Positions 63,813 to 64,000 of a stretch of 64,000 nucleotides of DNA are shown here, piece after piece. The DNA comes from Carcharhinus longimanus (Eukaryota), in the NCBI GenBank assembly GCA_030264375.1, contig JASCQW010000043.1, positions 24,700,032-24,764,031 on the forward strand, in the 5' to 3' direction. The notes below the pieces were generated by a model. The model was not told where the DNA came from and ran no database searches. It worked only from the letters and a program-made list of their open reading frames with translations. The translations under genes and the position numbers were made by a program. Each line of letters opens with the position of its first letter. The stretch's first letter is position 1.

Positions 63813-64000
63813 GCCTTGAAGCCGCTCGCCCTTGACACCATTCCAGCGAGCGCGGTGTGCCTATTCCTTACCTTTCCATCCTGATATGTCGGCGCTGAAT
63901 AAGCGCTCAGCTCAAATAGTGTTTTCCGGACATTGGGGGGAGAGGGGGGGCGGGGATGGTTGGTGGAGGAGAAGGAAGGTGGTGAGTCATATTGAGGGTG

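Noticed and set aside
63840-64000. GC-rich end with a minus-strand donor-like AG|GTAAGG and G-runs
   Set aside because: No recognisable ORF or acceptor, and truncated by the window edge.
1-64000. CRISPR arrays, operons or other prokaryotic systems; ORFs spanning N-runs
   Set aside because: The sequence is intron-rich vertebrate DNA with no repeat-spacer arrays. X-filled ORFs are gap artefacts.

Overview
Vertebrate genomic DNA, not prokaryotic. The repeat content (HE1/V-type tRNA SINEs, CR1 LINEs with (TTCTTATG)n tails, Rex1/Babar, Penelope-like elements) points to a shark or other elasmobranch draft assembly with 16 N-gaps. The window holds most of the + strand splicing-factor gene SREK1: ten coding exons traced by hand from 4917 to the stop at 47796, with exon 1 upstream of the window. 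It also holds a lone 1.5-kb terminal coding exon of USP31 (59871-61387) whose upstream exons are absent. Most ORF-track entries are spurious or decayed LINE fragments. Most notable: (1) a transposon-free ~4.3 kb stretch of SREK1 intron 2 with stop-containing candidate exons whose splice sites sit in or between hand-verifiable RNA hairpins, a possible structure-gated poison-exon/intronic-polyadenylation autoregulation system; (2) minimal hammerhead-ribozyme motifs in Penelope-like elements, including a nested insertion with a 13-bp TSD; (3) a remodelled SREK1 C-terminus with a short EK exon and an expanded RSRSPRR heptad array; (4) a complex direct-plus-inverted local duplication; (5) the unexpected SREK1-USP31 adjacency, most likely a scaffold misjoin. 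Gene and family names come from recalled similarity; no database search or folding program was run.
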